Below are positions 12,360-24,974 of a DNA stretch of 64,000 nucleotides, one piece after another. Source of the stretch: Heteronotia binoei. Taxonomy: Eukaryota. The notes beneath the pieces were generated by a model. The model saw only the letters and a list, made by a program, of their open reading frames with translations. It did no database searches and was not told where the DNA came from. The stretch covers positions 65,286,001 through 65,350,000 of the forward strand of contig NC_083235.1 of assembly GCF_032191835.1 (NCBI RefSeq), given 5' to 3'. The number at the start of each line of letters is the position of its first letter. Positions within the stretch are counted from its first letter, which is position 1. Both the position numbers and the translations under genes were made by a program.

Positions 12360-12850
12360 TCTGTGTTCAGAGATCCCAGCATTTTTATAAACTCAGTTAT
12401 CAGGTGTGCAGAAGCCTGATTTTGCTCGCCCCCCGTCGCCGCCTGCTAGCTTTCTTCCCCGCCGAAGCTCACCGTGAATAAAGCTGAGCTCTACCGGCTT
12501 CTCACAGCCCGCGCCTGCGTGTTTGGTTAAGAGACAGATGGGGGAAAGCTTCATTCTCCCCCTCACTTCCTGTTCCGGAAAGGAGGGGGGAAGATACCTC
12601 CTCCATCCGTCTCTTAACCAAACATGCAGGCGCGGGCTGCGAGATGCCAGTAGGGTTCAGTTTTAGTTGCGGTGAGCTTTGGGGGGGCGGGGGAGCTGAG
12701 CGCAGCAGTGGCGGGGGGCAAGCGAAGCACACCGGGGGGGGGGCACCTGCCTAAGGCACTATTTGCCCAAGAGCCGGCGCTGAGTGAAGAACAGAAGCAA
12801 ATAATAAGATCAAAACCAGCAGCAACTAAAGGATTTCTGAATCGCTCCAA
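12360..12850. mobile_element. Old fold-back MITE
   Basis: Arms ~12465-12545 and ~12600-12680 are imperfect reverse complements; weaker complementarity extends to ttcagagatcc/ggatttctgaa. Ends approximate. Confidence 0.55.
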
Positions 12851-13032
12851 TTTTGCCTGGTGAGGTCATGCCAGGAACAGAATGAGGCAAACTCTCCTTG
12901 GGAGGGAGATCTACAGCACAATCCTAAACAAGAGTTACATCCTTCTAAGCCACTGAAGTCCTGACCTTTACACCATATTTCTGACCATGAGGGGCACACA
13001 AAGAAAATCCTCCAAAGTTCATTGCACTAAAG

Positions 13033-15701
13033 CAGGGGTGTCGAACTCATTTGTTATGAGGGCCGGATTTGACATAAATGAGACCTTGTCGGGCCAGGCC
13101 ATGCGTGTCACAAAATGCAACGCCAGGTAGTGGAGATATAAACGGCACAGGGCGAAGACAAACACAATTAAATATTTTATAGAATCATAGAATGATAAGA
13201 ATTGGAAGGGACCTCCAGGGTCATCTTGCCCAACCCCTGTACATTGCAGAAATTCACAAATACCTTCCCCCATGTCCATGACTCCTGCTTTTTTTACTTT
13301 TTTAACTGTTTAACTTAAAATACGAACATGCTTAAAATATTAACGCTCTTGCAATATTTTGCTGCTGATCCCCTGATGCTGCCTGGAGTGGGGGAGTCTA
13401 CAAAACTAATCTGGAGTGTTTGTCTTCCCCAGAAAAATAACTACAACTCCTACGAGGCAGGGCTATGTACTGCCCATAAACATATGAACATATGAAGCTG
13501 CCTTCTACTGAATCAGACCCTTGGTCCATCAAAGTCAGTATTGTCTTCTCAGACTGGCAGCGGCTCTCCAGGGTCTCAAGCTGAGGATTTTCACATCTAT
13601 TTGCCTGGACCCTTTTTTGGAGATGCCAAGGATTGAACCTGGGACCTTCTGCTTACCAAGCAGATGCTCTACCGCTGAGCCACCGTCCCTCTCCATGAAC
13701 ATATGAAGCTGCCTTCCTCTGGATCAGACCCTGGGTCCATCAAAGTCAGTATTGTTTTCTCAGACTGGCAGCGGCTCTCCAGGGTCTCAAGCTGAGGTTT
13801 TTCACACCTATTTGCCTGGACCCTTTTTTGGAGATGCCGGGGATTGAACCTGGGACCTTCTGCTTACCAAGCAGATGCTCTACCACTGAGCCACCGTCCC
13901 TCCAGCATATGAAGCTGCCTTCTACTGGATCAGACCCTTGGTCCATCAAAGTCAGTATTGTCTTCTCAGACTGGCAGCGGCTCTCCAGGGTCTCAAGCTG
14001 AGGATTTTCACATCTATTTGCCTGGACCCTTTTTTGGAGATGCCAAGGATTGAACCTGGGACCTTCTGCTTACCAAGCAGATGCTCTACCGCTGAGCCAC
14101 CGTCCCTCTCCATGAACATATGAAGCTGCCTTCTACTGGATCAGACCCTGGGTCCATCAAAGTCAGTATTGTCTTCTCAGACTGGCAGCGGCTCTCCAGG
14201 GTCTCAAGCTGAGGTTTTTCACACCTATTTGCCTGGACCCTTTTTTGAAGATGCCAGGGATTGAACCTGGGACCTTCTGCTTCCCAAGCAGATGCTCTAC
14301 CACTGACCCACCGTCCCTCCCCACGTGGCAGCAATGTACACTGGCCAGTATAAGCCTACTATTTGGGAGGTTTAAGTTCAAAATACCCATTGTATAAAAG
14401 GACATGTGCTGGGTGGGTAACCTTGATCTGGACAAACAATCTCAGCCTAACCCACTTCTATGGCTTGCTTTGCAGAAGCACAGTGATGGGGTAGCAAGGC
14501 TAGGGAAAAGGAGAGGGGGACCCAAAGAAAACTGCATCATAAGGAGGAGAGGGAGGGGGAAGGGGAGAGAGGGGGGAGCAAGGCACAGGAAAACTAATAC
14601 CTTGAAAGAAATTTTGTTCCTCTTTAGATTTGCACACACACAGATGCATGGTGTAGAGAAGAGGTAGGCAGGGGGGAAGAGAGAGCAAAGTCGGCTCATA
14701 TCCGAAAGAAACTTCCGTCTTTAGGTGCCACAGACTCAAACTTTACATACACATAGCCGCGGGTGGGGGGGGGGGAGAGGAAGAGGCAGGCGGGGGGGGG
14801 GGTGAGAAGAGGGAGGGGAGGAGGAAGCACAGCCGACTCATATCTTGAGGGAAAGGATCGTCTTTAGGTGCCAACGGACTCAAACTTAGCTTTGAGCACA
14901 CTCAAGATGCCCGGGAGGGGAGGGGGGGGAGGAAAGGAAGCAGAATCAGCTCATACCTTGAAAGAAATATATGTCTTTAGGTGCTACTGGGCTCAAGCAC
15001 AGCCGGGCAGCTGCTTTCTGGGACTCCTCTAGTCCTCCTGACCATGCAGAGAGCAGCATCAGCCTCCCTGCCCCATTCCCCCCCCCCCCCCCGCGTCCCA
15101 AATTAAATGTTGCTGCTGCCGCTCAGGAGCAAGGTGTGACCGCGGCCGGCTGGGCAGCTGCTTTCTGGGATTCAGCCCCTCCAGTTCTCACGGCCATGCA
15201 GAGCAGCATCAGGTCCCCTGCCCTACTCCCTCCCCCCAAGTTAAACATTGCTGCTGCCTAGGAGCAAGGCGAGACCGCGGAGGGGCAGCTGCTTTCTGGG
15301 CCTTGGCCCTTCAAGCCTGCGCTGCTGCAACTAAGAAGCAACGGACCCCTTTGCAGCTGGCCCTTCCCCAGCCCCAACTTTATGCAGCAGCTGCCTGCCA
15401 GAGACCTCGGTGAGGGGAGCAGCAGGGTCTGAACTATGCAACATGCTGGAGGTCTTCCCTGCTCAGCCGCATCAGAGTCAGCCCAGCAGGCTGTGCACGT
15501 GACTCCTAGCTGCTGATTACAAGAGGCAGCCTCTTGCCTCCTGGAAAAATGACAAAACAGGCAGGAAGCTGCTACTCGGAGCTGTGGAATGAGCGACGAT
15601 CGCACAGTTAACCCAACCGTGTGTGTGTGTGTTCTGTTCTCTTTGAGGACTGGGTTGAGGGGCCGTTTGTGGCCCGCGGGCCGTGCATTTGACACCCCAC
15701 G
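13033..15701. mobile_element. Charlie-like hAT non-autonomous element with nested SINE array and CR1 tail
   Basis: CAGGGGTGTC start; end ...ggcccgcgggccgtgcatttGACACCCCACG; perfect 8-bp TSD cactaaag (13025-13032, 15702-15709). Confidence 0.8.
13481..14320 (-). mobile_element. Four head-to-tail copies of a ~205-bp tRNA-derived SINE with CR1-like tail (Squam2-like)
   Basis: Each copy has A box GGTGGCTCAGYGGTAGAGC, B box GGTTCAATCC and tail GATGGACC...GGCAGCTTCATATG. Confidence 0.9.
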
Positions 15702-15745
15702 CACTAAAGGAGACTGTGAATTTGCAGAGATGAACACTGACTTAC

Positions 15746-15822
15746 CACCATTTCATACATGTTCATCTTCTTCATGATCTTCTTAATAATTTCAGGAGGT
15801 GCTGGTGACCCTGCAATGATTC
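15746..15822 (-). CDS. ACSF2: ACSF2 exon 10 (gene continues beyond window start)
   Basis: tttttcag|...|gtaagt; 77 bp; GIIAGSPAPPEIIKKIMKKMNMYEMV; exons 1-10 sum to 1170 nt (390 codons) with consistent phases. Confidence 0.96.
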
Positions 15823-16499
15823 CTGAAAAATGAAAGGAAAAAAAAAAGATGTCTTCTTTGCATCTTTTGAGGGAACATCGGTCCCTGCATGCATGCAAAA
15901 GTACACTCCAGTCCGAGCATCTTGCTGTCAGCCTCTCTCTCTCTGTCTCCGCCACTTAAAAAGTCCTAAATGTCCCACACACATCCAGGGCCATCTCCTT
16001 CCCTTCTTGACTGGCTCTCCCCCTCACCCCCACCTTGCTTGCGCAGAACAGAAGCTCCGGGGCTAGATGGAAGTCAATGGGGCTTGCTTCTGAGAAGCTG
16101 CTGCTTGAGAGCGGAAAGTGGGTGGGTGGGCTCCTCTCCACCAGGGCTCAAGCGGGAAAAGGGGATGGGCTGCGGGCTGCACCAGGGGTGGTGGGGAAGG
16201 AATGGGGAGGGCTGCCCAACCGCCTACCTCACCTGCTCCCACAAGCAGGCCACAGGGAGAATGAAATAGGAGAAATGGAATGGCGGGTGGGGGGGGGGGA
16301 GAAAGAACAAAGGGAGGATGAAGAAACGGAACAAGGAGGAAGAAGGAATGAAGGGGGAAGAGATTGAAACGAAGAGGGAAAGAATTTGAAAGGGGGGGGG
16401 GAAGAAAGGGGGAAAAAGAAAGGAAAAAGAAGCTGTCTTACTACCACATGCTGTTACATGGCCCCGGGAGGGCTCTGCATGAGGCAGCTTGGCCCTTGA

Positions 16500-16835
16500 C
16501 CGCTGCAGGCGATCCGGCGCTGGGAGGCCGCTGCTGGAGCGTGGCTGAGGCCCCCGACTGGCAATCTGGGTTTCGGGAGGCCGCTGCTGCAGTGCAGCTG
16601 AGCTCCCCGACCCTGACAGGCAGTCCGGGTGCCCAGAGGCCTCTGCTGCAGCGTGGCTGAGACCCGCAACCCTGATAGGCAATCCAGGCACCGGGAGGCT
16701 GCTGCTGCAGCACGGCTGAGACCCCCGACTCCCACAGGTAACCCGGGCACCGGAAGGCTGCTGCTGGAGCACAACTGAGACCCCCGACCCTGACAGGCAA
16801 CCCGGGTGCGGGGAGGCCCCTGCTGGAACAGGGCT
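16500..16835. repeat. Degenerate GC-rich ~59-bp tandem repeat (5-6 units), probably internal to a hAT element ending at 16939
   Basis: Unit ~ggctgagacccccgaccctgacaggcaatccgggcaccgggaggctgctgctgcagca; downstream ...ccggttcaaaaaggccctg terminus. Confidence 0.7.
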
Positions 16836-17304
16836 AGGCCCTCAGAAGATGGCGGGCGACTAGAGCCAGGGCAAAGCCGGAACGCTACCGAGGCCAGCTG
16901 GAACGGCGTTCCGGTGCATTCCGGTTCAAAAAGGCCCTGATTATTACCAATAACATCAACAAGTTGTTAGTGTGATGTTTCTTTGCAAAGATACCTTTTG
17001 AACTACTCTCTTTTACTTTGAAATAAGGATGTATACTGAAAGCTGGGTCACAGTGCACCTAGTATCTGCTGCCACATGCTGGTAGCTATAAGAATAAAAC
17101 CAGAAGAAAACATTGCCCTCCTTGTGCTTTCAGTAACAACTAGGGGAGTAGGGAGAAAACCCCAGAAACCTTTACATGATTACCAAAAACAAAGAAACAC
17201 ACATTTTGGTTGAGGACTGGCATCTGCTTCTTTGGGAGCTGGTTCACAAAAACACATTCCACTAACTGCTTTCCTCCACTTTACTATTCTTTCACACAAA
17301 TATG

Positions 17305-17498
17305 CAGGGCTATTTTTGTTGAAAAAGCCCAGCAGGAACTTATTATTAGGCTACACCCCCTGACACCACCGTTGTTTTCCAAAGGACTTTTTTGTAGGAA
17401 AAGCCCAACGAACTCATTGGCATATTAGGTCACACCTCTGACACCAAGTCAGCCAGAACTTCATTCCTGTGCGTTCCTGCTAAAAAAAAAAAGCCCTG
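17305..17498. mobile_element. hAT MITE (CAGGGCT termini), inverted relative to 1438 copy
   Basis: Perfect TSD caaatatg. Confidence 0.85.
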
Positions 17499-18199
17499 CA
17501 AATATGTGAAGAAACATAATAGAGAATCTGATGGTTCAGATCTCAGCAAACAAAACAAGGGATGACCACGACTCAGTGGCAAGAGCACCTGCTTTTCATG
17601 TTAGAAGGCCCCAGGCTCAATTCCTGGTATCTCCAGTTAAAAAAGAATCAGGTGGTATGAAAGGCCTGTCAGCGGTTCATGTGCAGAGTGCAAACAGAGA
17701 ACTGCCACAAGGTAGACGCTAGGAAAGAAATTGAGCCTCACACCAGCACCTAGTATAAAAGTAGTGTATTTACAACTATATACAATACAACTTGGTGCGG
17801 TCAATAACATATATTAGACTGACAAAGTGCTACGCCAGGAACCAACTCTCATCAGAGAGTACTACTGTCTGGCACTGTAGTCCATATATACACAGCTCAG
17901 CCAATCACGGCAGTCCACACAATTGCTGACTCCAGCAGGTGCTTTCCCCTGGATACAGTCCAGCCTGAACCGGCTCTCCTCCAAGGTTGATCTGACCTGA
18001 CCTGTCAGATGTTGTCACTGTAGATCCACCTGCTGCTTCATGCTGCGATCATACTGTGGACGGAGGACTTATACTGACAAGGCCACTATTTGAGACCCTG
18101 TAAGAGCCAACAGCTAAGAGCAGAAAGTACTCATCCTGATAGACCAGTGGTTTGAATCAAAGTAAGGCAGCTTCATGTGCACATTTCCCATGATTTCAA

Positions 18200-19070
18200 T
18201 TATTTATTTATTTATTTATTTATTTGGGATTTATATCCCGCCCTTCCCACAAGTGGCTCAGGGCGGCTTCCAGTGATAGATCCAACAAAATTACAGTATT
18301 TAAACATATAAAGGGATCAGCATTTAAAACAGATAAAAACAGATAAAACCATGGTTATCAATAAATATTAATAAATATTAATAAATATATCAACTGTATA
18401 TAAAAGAAAGAAATCCGGCAAGTTACATTAAAATTCTCAAGCTAGGTATAGGCTAGCCGGAAGAGGGTCGTCTTACAGGCCCTGCGGAACTGTACAAGGT
18501 CCCGCAGGGCCCTCACCTCTTCCGGCAGCTGATTCCACCATGTAGGGGCCATAACAGAGAAAGCCCTTTCTCTGGTGGATTTCAAACGGGCTTCCTTCGG
18601 CCCAGGGATAGTAAGGAGATTTTGTGTTCCCGACCTCAGTACTCTCTGGGGAACGTGCGGGGAAAGACGGTCCTTCAGGTAGACAGGTCCCAAGCCATAT
18701 AGGGCTTTAAAGGTGATAACCAGCACCTTGTACCGGACTCGGTATATTACTGGAAGCCAGTGCAGGGTCCGAAGACCCGGCTGAATGTGTTCCCACTTTG
18801 GGAGACCCAATAACAGCCGGGCCGCGGCATTCTGCACCAGCTGCAATTTCCGAGTTCGGGACAGGGGCAGCCCCATGTAGAGGGCATTACAGTAGTCTAA
18901 CCTCGAGGTGACCGTGGCATGGATCACTGTTGCTAGGTCGTCGCGCTCCAAAAAGGGGGCCAACTGCCTTGCCCGCCTAAGGTGAAAAAACGCGGACTTG
19001 GCAGCGGCTGCTATCTGAGCCTCCATCTTTAAGGAAGGCTCCAACAGCACCCCCAAGCTCCTGACCCTGT
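18200..19070 (-). mobile_element. 5'-truncated L2-clade LINE, 3' end of ORF2 plus tail (young)
   Basis: Uninterrupted ~210-aa frame RVRSLGVLLEP...SRLDYCNALYMGLP...LQLVQNAAARLL...LHWLPV...APTWWNQLP; (TAAA)n tail. Confidence 0.93.
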
Positions 19071-20243
19071 TCTTAAATGCCACTTTGGGTGAATAAACTT
19101 TGTTCTTAAAATGCCACTTTGGGTGAATAAACTACTGTTTAGTCTTTTTATATACACACGTTATATTACATGTTGCATTTTTAATTTACTCAAAAACATT
19201 TCAGGAGCAACTGCATGGAGAAATACAGCTTGCGTAAACAAGTTTAAGTGGAAAGAATACGTAACACGCGTTTGTGTCCTTCACCATCAGCTTAAGCCAA
19301 CAAGAAAGGGTTTAGCTGCCTAACAGTGCCAGCCTGTCATGAGTCTCACCCTGGTTCTCATGATTTTCCTATGTCTAAGTTTCAGGCAGTCTCTCTAGTC
19401 ACAGCAGGACCACAACAGTGAATCATAAAGCCCCAGAGAGAAGGATAAGGATTCTCCTCCAAAAGAAATCACCAGGCTTAATAGACCTGAATAGGATTCT
19501 GAATAGACCTGAACAGGCTTGCTCACAAAGTTCCTTCAGACACTGGGACTAAGCGACACCACCTTGCTCGGAGAAATTTAAACAATACCTGCAAGCTTCC
19601 GATCATTTCAATCAATCAGTCGATCACCTTTATTGGCATGGTAGATCATTGTCAGAGCTGCGACCGTTTGATCAGTGAGAACTAATTTTAGTTGATGAAG
19701 GGGCATTTTAAATAGTGAGGCTATGCTACGTGGTTACGCTTCCTTATTTTGAAAGCTATTTTGGTTCTCATTTTAGTGCTTGTAATAGGGGACTGAAAAA
19801 AAGTTAAACAATATAAACAATCTTGCTTTCTAATCCTAAATGGTAGCTTACGCTCGTTAGATCACAAGCCATTTCACACTTCCTTCAACAGTTCAAAAAG
19901 AACATGCATTGTGGCTTGAGCAATGTACTAATCAACGCAAACCGATGTATTCAAATTTACATTAATTGGCTACCAGAAATGACATTTAAGCAGCTCACTT
20001 TTCAAAATCAATTGAAATGTCTGGTTCTTTGCTTACTACCGCATTCCTTATGAATAACTTTCAGGATCCAGGATGCCGTATAATGCAAGATGAACTTTAT
20101 TGACTATTTACGTAACTTAGAAATCAGTATTAGAAGGAGCAGACTGACTTGCTACTTCAACCATGACGCTGCTCATCTGCCCTGACTCTCTAGGATCTAT
20201 GTTAAGCTCTACCCACTTGAAGACATAGTATCCTCATACTTAC

Positions 20244-20335
20244 CTCCCCGGACACTTGAGAGATCATAGGTGTCAAAGTCAGGCTGCCCTAGAATATCTA
20301 TGTACATGGTTGGAGTGCCATATACATGGGTGCAT
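20244..20335 (-). CDS. ACSF2: ACSF2 exon 9
   Basis: cctttaaag|...|gtaagt; 92 bp; [30 protein letters not shown]. Confidence 0.96.
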
Positions 20336-21174
20336 CTTTAAAGGAAGAATAAAGACAAACAAATTATAGTTTGCTCGAACACGTACATGAGCAATGTTGC
20401 CTCCAATTCTGAGCAACTTTTCTTTGCAATTGTGGGGAAAAACTACTTTCCATAGTGTGAAGGGAAATGAACATTTAAGCTCTACAAGCATCTTACCGGT
20501 TGACCCAGCCCACATGCAAAAAAACCCTTCCACTCTTTATTAGCCTTCAGAAGTACACAAGATGAACCCCCAACCCCCTGATAATGGTGCTGTCATAGTA
20601 TGAAGACAATCTGAAGCTACACTATATTAAACTACGTGGTAGGGGGAAAAGGCTTGATTTGGAGAAATACCTGGGGGCGGGGGGTTAGTCATGTAACCAG
20701 TACAGAGACAACCAGATATGAATGGAATATATTCACTGACAGTCCAGCAGTATCACACCTAAATTAGACTAAACGAAGGACTGCAAAGAGGCAAAAACAG
20801 ACTGGCGCTATTGTTTACATCTCTTACTTCTTTGGATGCTTCCAGAGGAGATAAAACCCAGGGTAAACAATATGCTTTTTCTGTTTTAAAAATGTTCACT
20901 GGCTGCATATCATCTCTCCTCCCTCTCCGTCCATCTGGAAAATTCTGCAAAGCTTGCCACGCGCACTTCAGAAGTCCAGCAGTGTGCTAAAATTCGGCCG
21001 GCATTGGAGTCTTGACATCTGGCTTGCCCATTTAAGAAGCCCAGGACCACCTTGCTATAGCAATGGGGCATCATGGTCAGGCATCCTTTTGCCAGGATGG
21101 GTCAGCCAGATGCTTTCAGGAAACCCAGAAGCAAGGCACAAAAGGCAATTACCCTCTTCTGAGGTCCTCCTTCC

Positions 21175-22075
21175 CCAGAAATGATGCTCAAGGGTGCTTC
21201 AAACGCTTTCATACGAGTGGAAACTGGCATGGTCACCTTACAGGCCCGTTTATGGATTGCTGTCTTTCTATATTGGTACAAACTAATGACTAACCCTACT
21301 GGGCTAACGAGCCTGATAATGAAAGACTCCTTTACACCTTACTGGGTTAGAGAAACTGAGCTTAAATTAGCTTATTATGGGCTCTCTAAACAGTTTATGA
21401 TGCAGTTGGAATGTAGTGCAGTTAAACCCTTCCTTAAACAAAGGATTCTAGATACCGAAAGACAACACGATTTGTCCCAGATTAAATGTTATCCTTCTGG
21501 CACAGGAAACCTGAATCGAATAGTTCTGATGCCATACTTGCAGAATTTAGATAAACCTGATTATAGAAGAGCCTTCACACTCATGAGCGCGAAATTGCTC
21601 CCTTCAGTGGTCACAAAAGGCGCCCCTATGAGGAAAGGTTATGTATCTGCAGAGATGGGAGGACAGAGACGAGAGCACATTCTCTTCTAATGTAAACTTT
21701 ATCAGAACATTCGTTTGATTTACATTGCTCCTATTCGTGACCAATTCCTGGGGAGAGTTTTTAGCTTTTGTCTAGATAAGATTTTAGCGGATAGGAACCA
21801 GGAAATTACTATGAAGGCGGCAACGTTTGTGGTACAAGCCATAAGACTCCGTAAACAACTAATGGATAAAAACATTTACATGTCTATGAAATATTTTAAT
21901 TTATATTTTATAACTAGAAATGGAAACTGAAATTTTTATGTATAATATTTTGTATTGTGGCCATTCAATTGTATTCCTTGGTTTGGGTTTTTGGGGTTTT
22001 TTTAATGCCACTTGTTACCTATTTTCTTTCTTTTTGGATGGGTCTCTGACCGTATTAAACTAAACTTGACTTGAC
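21175..22075 (+). mobile_element. Non-LTR retrotransposon 3' fragment with decayed C-terminal Cys/His knuckle (RTEX-like, tentative)
   Basis: YLQNLDKPDYRRAFTL...LPSVV...EHILF*CKLY..IR, AT-rich 3' UTR and (aaact/gactt) tail. Clade assignment is from recall. Confidence 0.6.
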
Positions 22076-23152
22076 AGCTTACCCTGCAAGTCCTCCCTGG
22101 CAGTGCCAGCTGCACCCAGCAGCAGGAAAAGGAGGGTAAGGGGTCTTCAGAGGGGCATCCACGGCTCCATGACTGTTTCCCACAGGGGGTGGGGGGAGCC
22201 CAAAGGAAGGGGTGGTGCTGCTGGGACAAAGGGGAGCGGCAGAGGTGCCTGGCTCGATTTGAACAGCATAGCCAGAGGAGCGCTTCCTCTTCCGGGGCAG
22301 TGGGGGAATGTTCCTGTCAGCTTCCCACCCCACAAAGGAAAGGAGTGAGCCCAGCCAGAGGAGAAATGCAGGAAGAGGGGCTTCAAGAAGAGGCTTGTCT
22401 AGGTGGCCAGGCTTACAGGGCTTTCTCCACGTGTAAAACTGGGTTTTGCTGCTACCGCATGCTCCCATTCCGCCCCCTCCTACTCCAAAGACAAATCACC
22501 AGCTTGGACGTCATCGGGGGACACTGGCACAGCTGGGAAAACAGGCACACCACTGCCTGCTAGCCACTGGGGAAAGGACACTATGCACAGGTGTGGCTGG
22601 GCGGCTCTGGGCTTGTTGCCAGGCTGGGAGGTGGCCACAGGTGGCTTGGCTTTGCGGCAGGCAGAGAGGGAGAAGGCAGCACCAGTGCCCCAAGGCTCCT
22701 GGAGTGGGAATGTCTTTGCACAGGCAGGCAGCAGCTGGGGCTTGGAGGCGGGAGAGGAAGCAGTCGGGAAAGTTTCGCGCGCGGGGAAAGGGAGCACCCC
22801 ACAGCACCCCAAGGCTGGGTGGTGGTGCTGCAGGCAGCTGCCTACCTCGCCTACTCCCACGGGCAGTGCCTGCATATAGTATAAAATCTGAGTCACAAGC
22901 ATTAGATGTCACACAGTATGCATCCGTTTGTGATTCACTACTACATTCTTAGGGGAGAGAGGAAGCAAACATCAGGTATCTTTTCTGCCGCTCGTCAGCA
23001 GACAACAGTGAGATCATGAGACTACGCCTGTGTCCCAAAAGAGATGTTAACAGCTCAGAAGCCAAAGCCGAATGGAACCAGGGAAAAAAAACACAAACAG
23101 AATGCTTTTCCTGACAGTATTCAAGCCTCTAAAGTTTGAGTCAAACACTTAC

Positions 23153-23301
23153 TTCTCCTGTTCCAATGCCTTCAGTGCAGCTTTAGCCTCGAAACTTAAA
23201 GACGGGAAGACAAGAGAAGTACCATGAATTGCCATCACCATACACCCCGCCACAGAGCCCAGGCAGTGGTAGAGAGGAACAGGAAGACAACAACGGGCTT
23301 C
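23153..23301 (-). CDS. ACSF2: ACSF2 exon 8
   Basis: gatcttag|...|gtaagt; 149 bp; EARCCLPVPLYHCLGSVAGCMVMAIHGTSLVFPSLSFEAKAALKALEQE. Confidence 0.96.
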
Positions 23302-23814
23302 CTAAGATCAAGGAAAACATAGTTATCATAGATTCACCTCCCAGTGTTGCTTTTAACCATTCCTACAACTTATTATGACAGAGAGTAAGCAGGGCTATCA
23401 AGAGGGGAATGGGAAAGAGCTAGGGTTGCATGGATGGAGGATCAGGAGAAAAATGCACATTTGAAGAGCTATACTTATTCAGTACCTATCCCTCTCTGAT
23501 AATAATATTTCGTCATTACACCGTAATCCATATGTAGAAATCAACATGGGTAATCTGTAATTTCTACAGGATATCAATACGAGGCACTCAGGTCATGCAA
23601 CAAAATGTTTTACATCATAAATTAATTTTAAAAGGCATCCTGGTTAAACACAGCTTCTGCCTAAAATGTTAAACTGTTACTATTAGAGTTTTGCATTAAT
23701 TTCATTCAGTGACAATTTGTGGCTGTTTCTGGTTCCTACAGCAGCCATTTTGTAGTTGGGGCCACCACAGAATTCCAAGGGTGCCCACAAGCTGAAAAAG
23801 ACTGAAAACCCATG

Positions 23815-24030
23815 AGGTAGTGATTAGTGGGCTGGACAACGATCTAGGAGACCCAGGTTCAGAACCCTACTCTGCCACAGAAGCTTGCTGGGTGACGTTG
23901 GGCCAGCCACTCTTTCTCAACCTAACCCACCTGACAGAGGCCAAAATGCAGACAGTTACGGAGACTGATGCTGTAAGTCACTTTGATTCCCCAGTGAAGA
24001 TAAAAGTAACATATAAATATCTGAATTATT
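23815..24030 (+). mobile_element. Older Squam3/MIR-like SINE
   Basis: ctaggagacccaggttcagaaccc...gggtgacgttgggccag core. Confidence 0.65.
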
Positions 24031-24094
24031 TAGGAGACATTATTCTTCAGTCAGAATCAACTTCAGTATTGACCAGTACATTCAGGTGTTTTAC

Positions 24095-24190
24095 CATATT
24101 ATCAGCTCCCAGCCTTTTACCAATCAGGTTTGCATTATTCACAATGTTGTGGTGCGAAAGTGTGGCCCCTTTGGGGCTTCCTGTTGTTCC
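24095..24190 (-). CDS. ACSF2: ACSF2 exon 7
   Basis: ttctttag|...|gtaaaa; 96 bp; GTTGSPKGATLSHHNIVNNANLIGKRLGADNM (P-loop). Confidence 0.97.
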
Positions 24191-24254
24191 CTAAAGAAAA
24201 TATAAATGCCATTTATTCATTGAAATTCCACCATGTTCCATGCTTACAGGCTGT

Positions 24255-24442
24255 TAGGGTTGCCAGATGCTGCCCGAAGATCTCCCGTTTTTACAGATCA
24301 CCTTCCCTGGGAAAAAACGGCTACTTTGAAGAGTGGACTCTATGGCATTGTGCCACGCTGAGGCCCCACCCCTCCCCAAGCCCCACCCTCCCCCAGATCC
24401 ACCCCCATAGTCTCCAGGTATAACACAGACCTGGCAACCCTA
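24255..24442. mobile_element. Short older hAT MITE with TAGGGTTGCCA termini
   Basis: TAGGGTTGCCAG...CTGGCAACCCTA; no TSD match; a partial relative ends near 29533. Confidence 0.6.
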
Positions 24443-24974
24443 GGTGCAATTATTTAAAACCAACACATAACAATGTATTAAAAATAAAGCACTCTTACAA
24501 GAATTTCAACAGTCTGAGACCCACTTGCAATTCAGAAAAACAGGAGACCTGCCGTGCGTATCAATCCTTTCACCCTAAATGTACTAAATGTTTGTTTCCG
24601 TGAAGAAGAATTAACCATGCGACTTTCCCCATCTATGGTTTGAAGTAGTACAGCCCTTTCTAGCGCCTCAAGATTCTACTACCTTATTGCATGTGTAGAC
24701 CAGGCCTATTATCAGACTTTCATCTTTGCCTACCAAGCCAGAAGGCCCTATTTTAAACTTCTCAAAAGTAGAAGGATACACCATTGGGTTCCCAAGTAAC
24801 CAAATGGTAAGCTGGTTGCTCTCGCTTCTTGGAAAGTTTCTGCTAGCTAGAATGTCTATGGTATGAAGACATATGTCAACTAATCCATGAAAATGTAGAG
24901 ACGCAAAAGAAAATCTGGACAAATACTGATAAGGTTTGTAGATGGATCTTCTGTGCTTTTTATAGCTCTATTTA

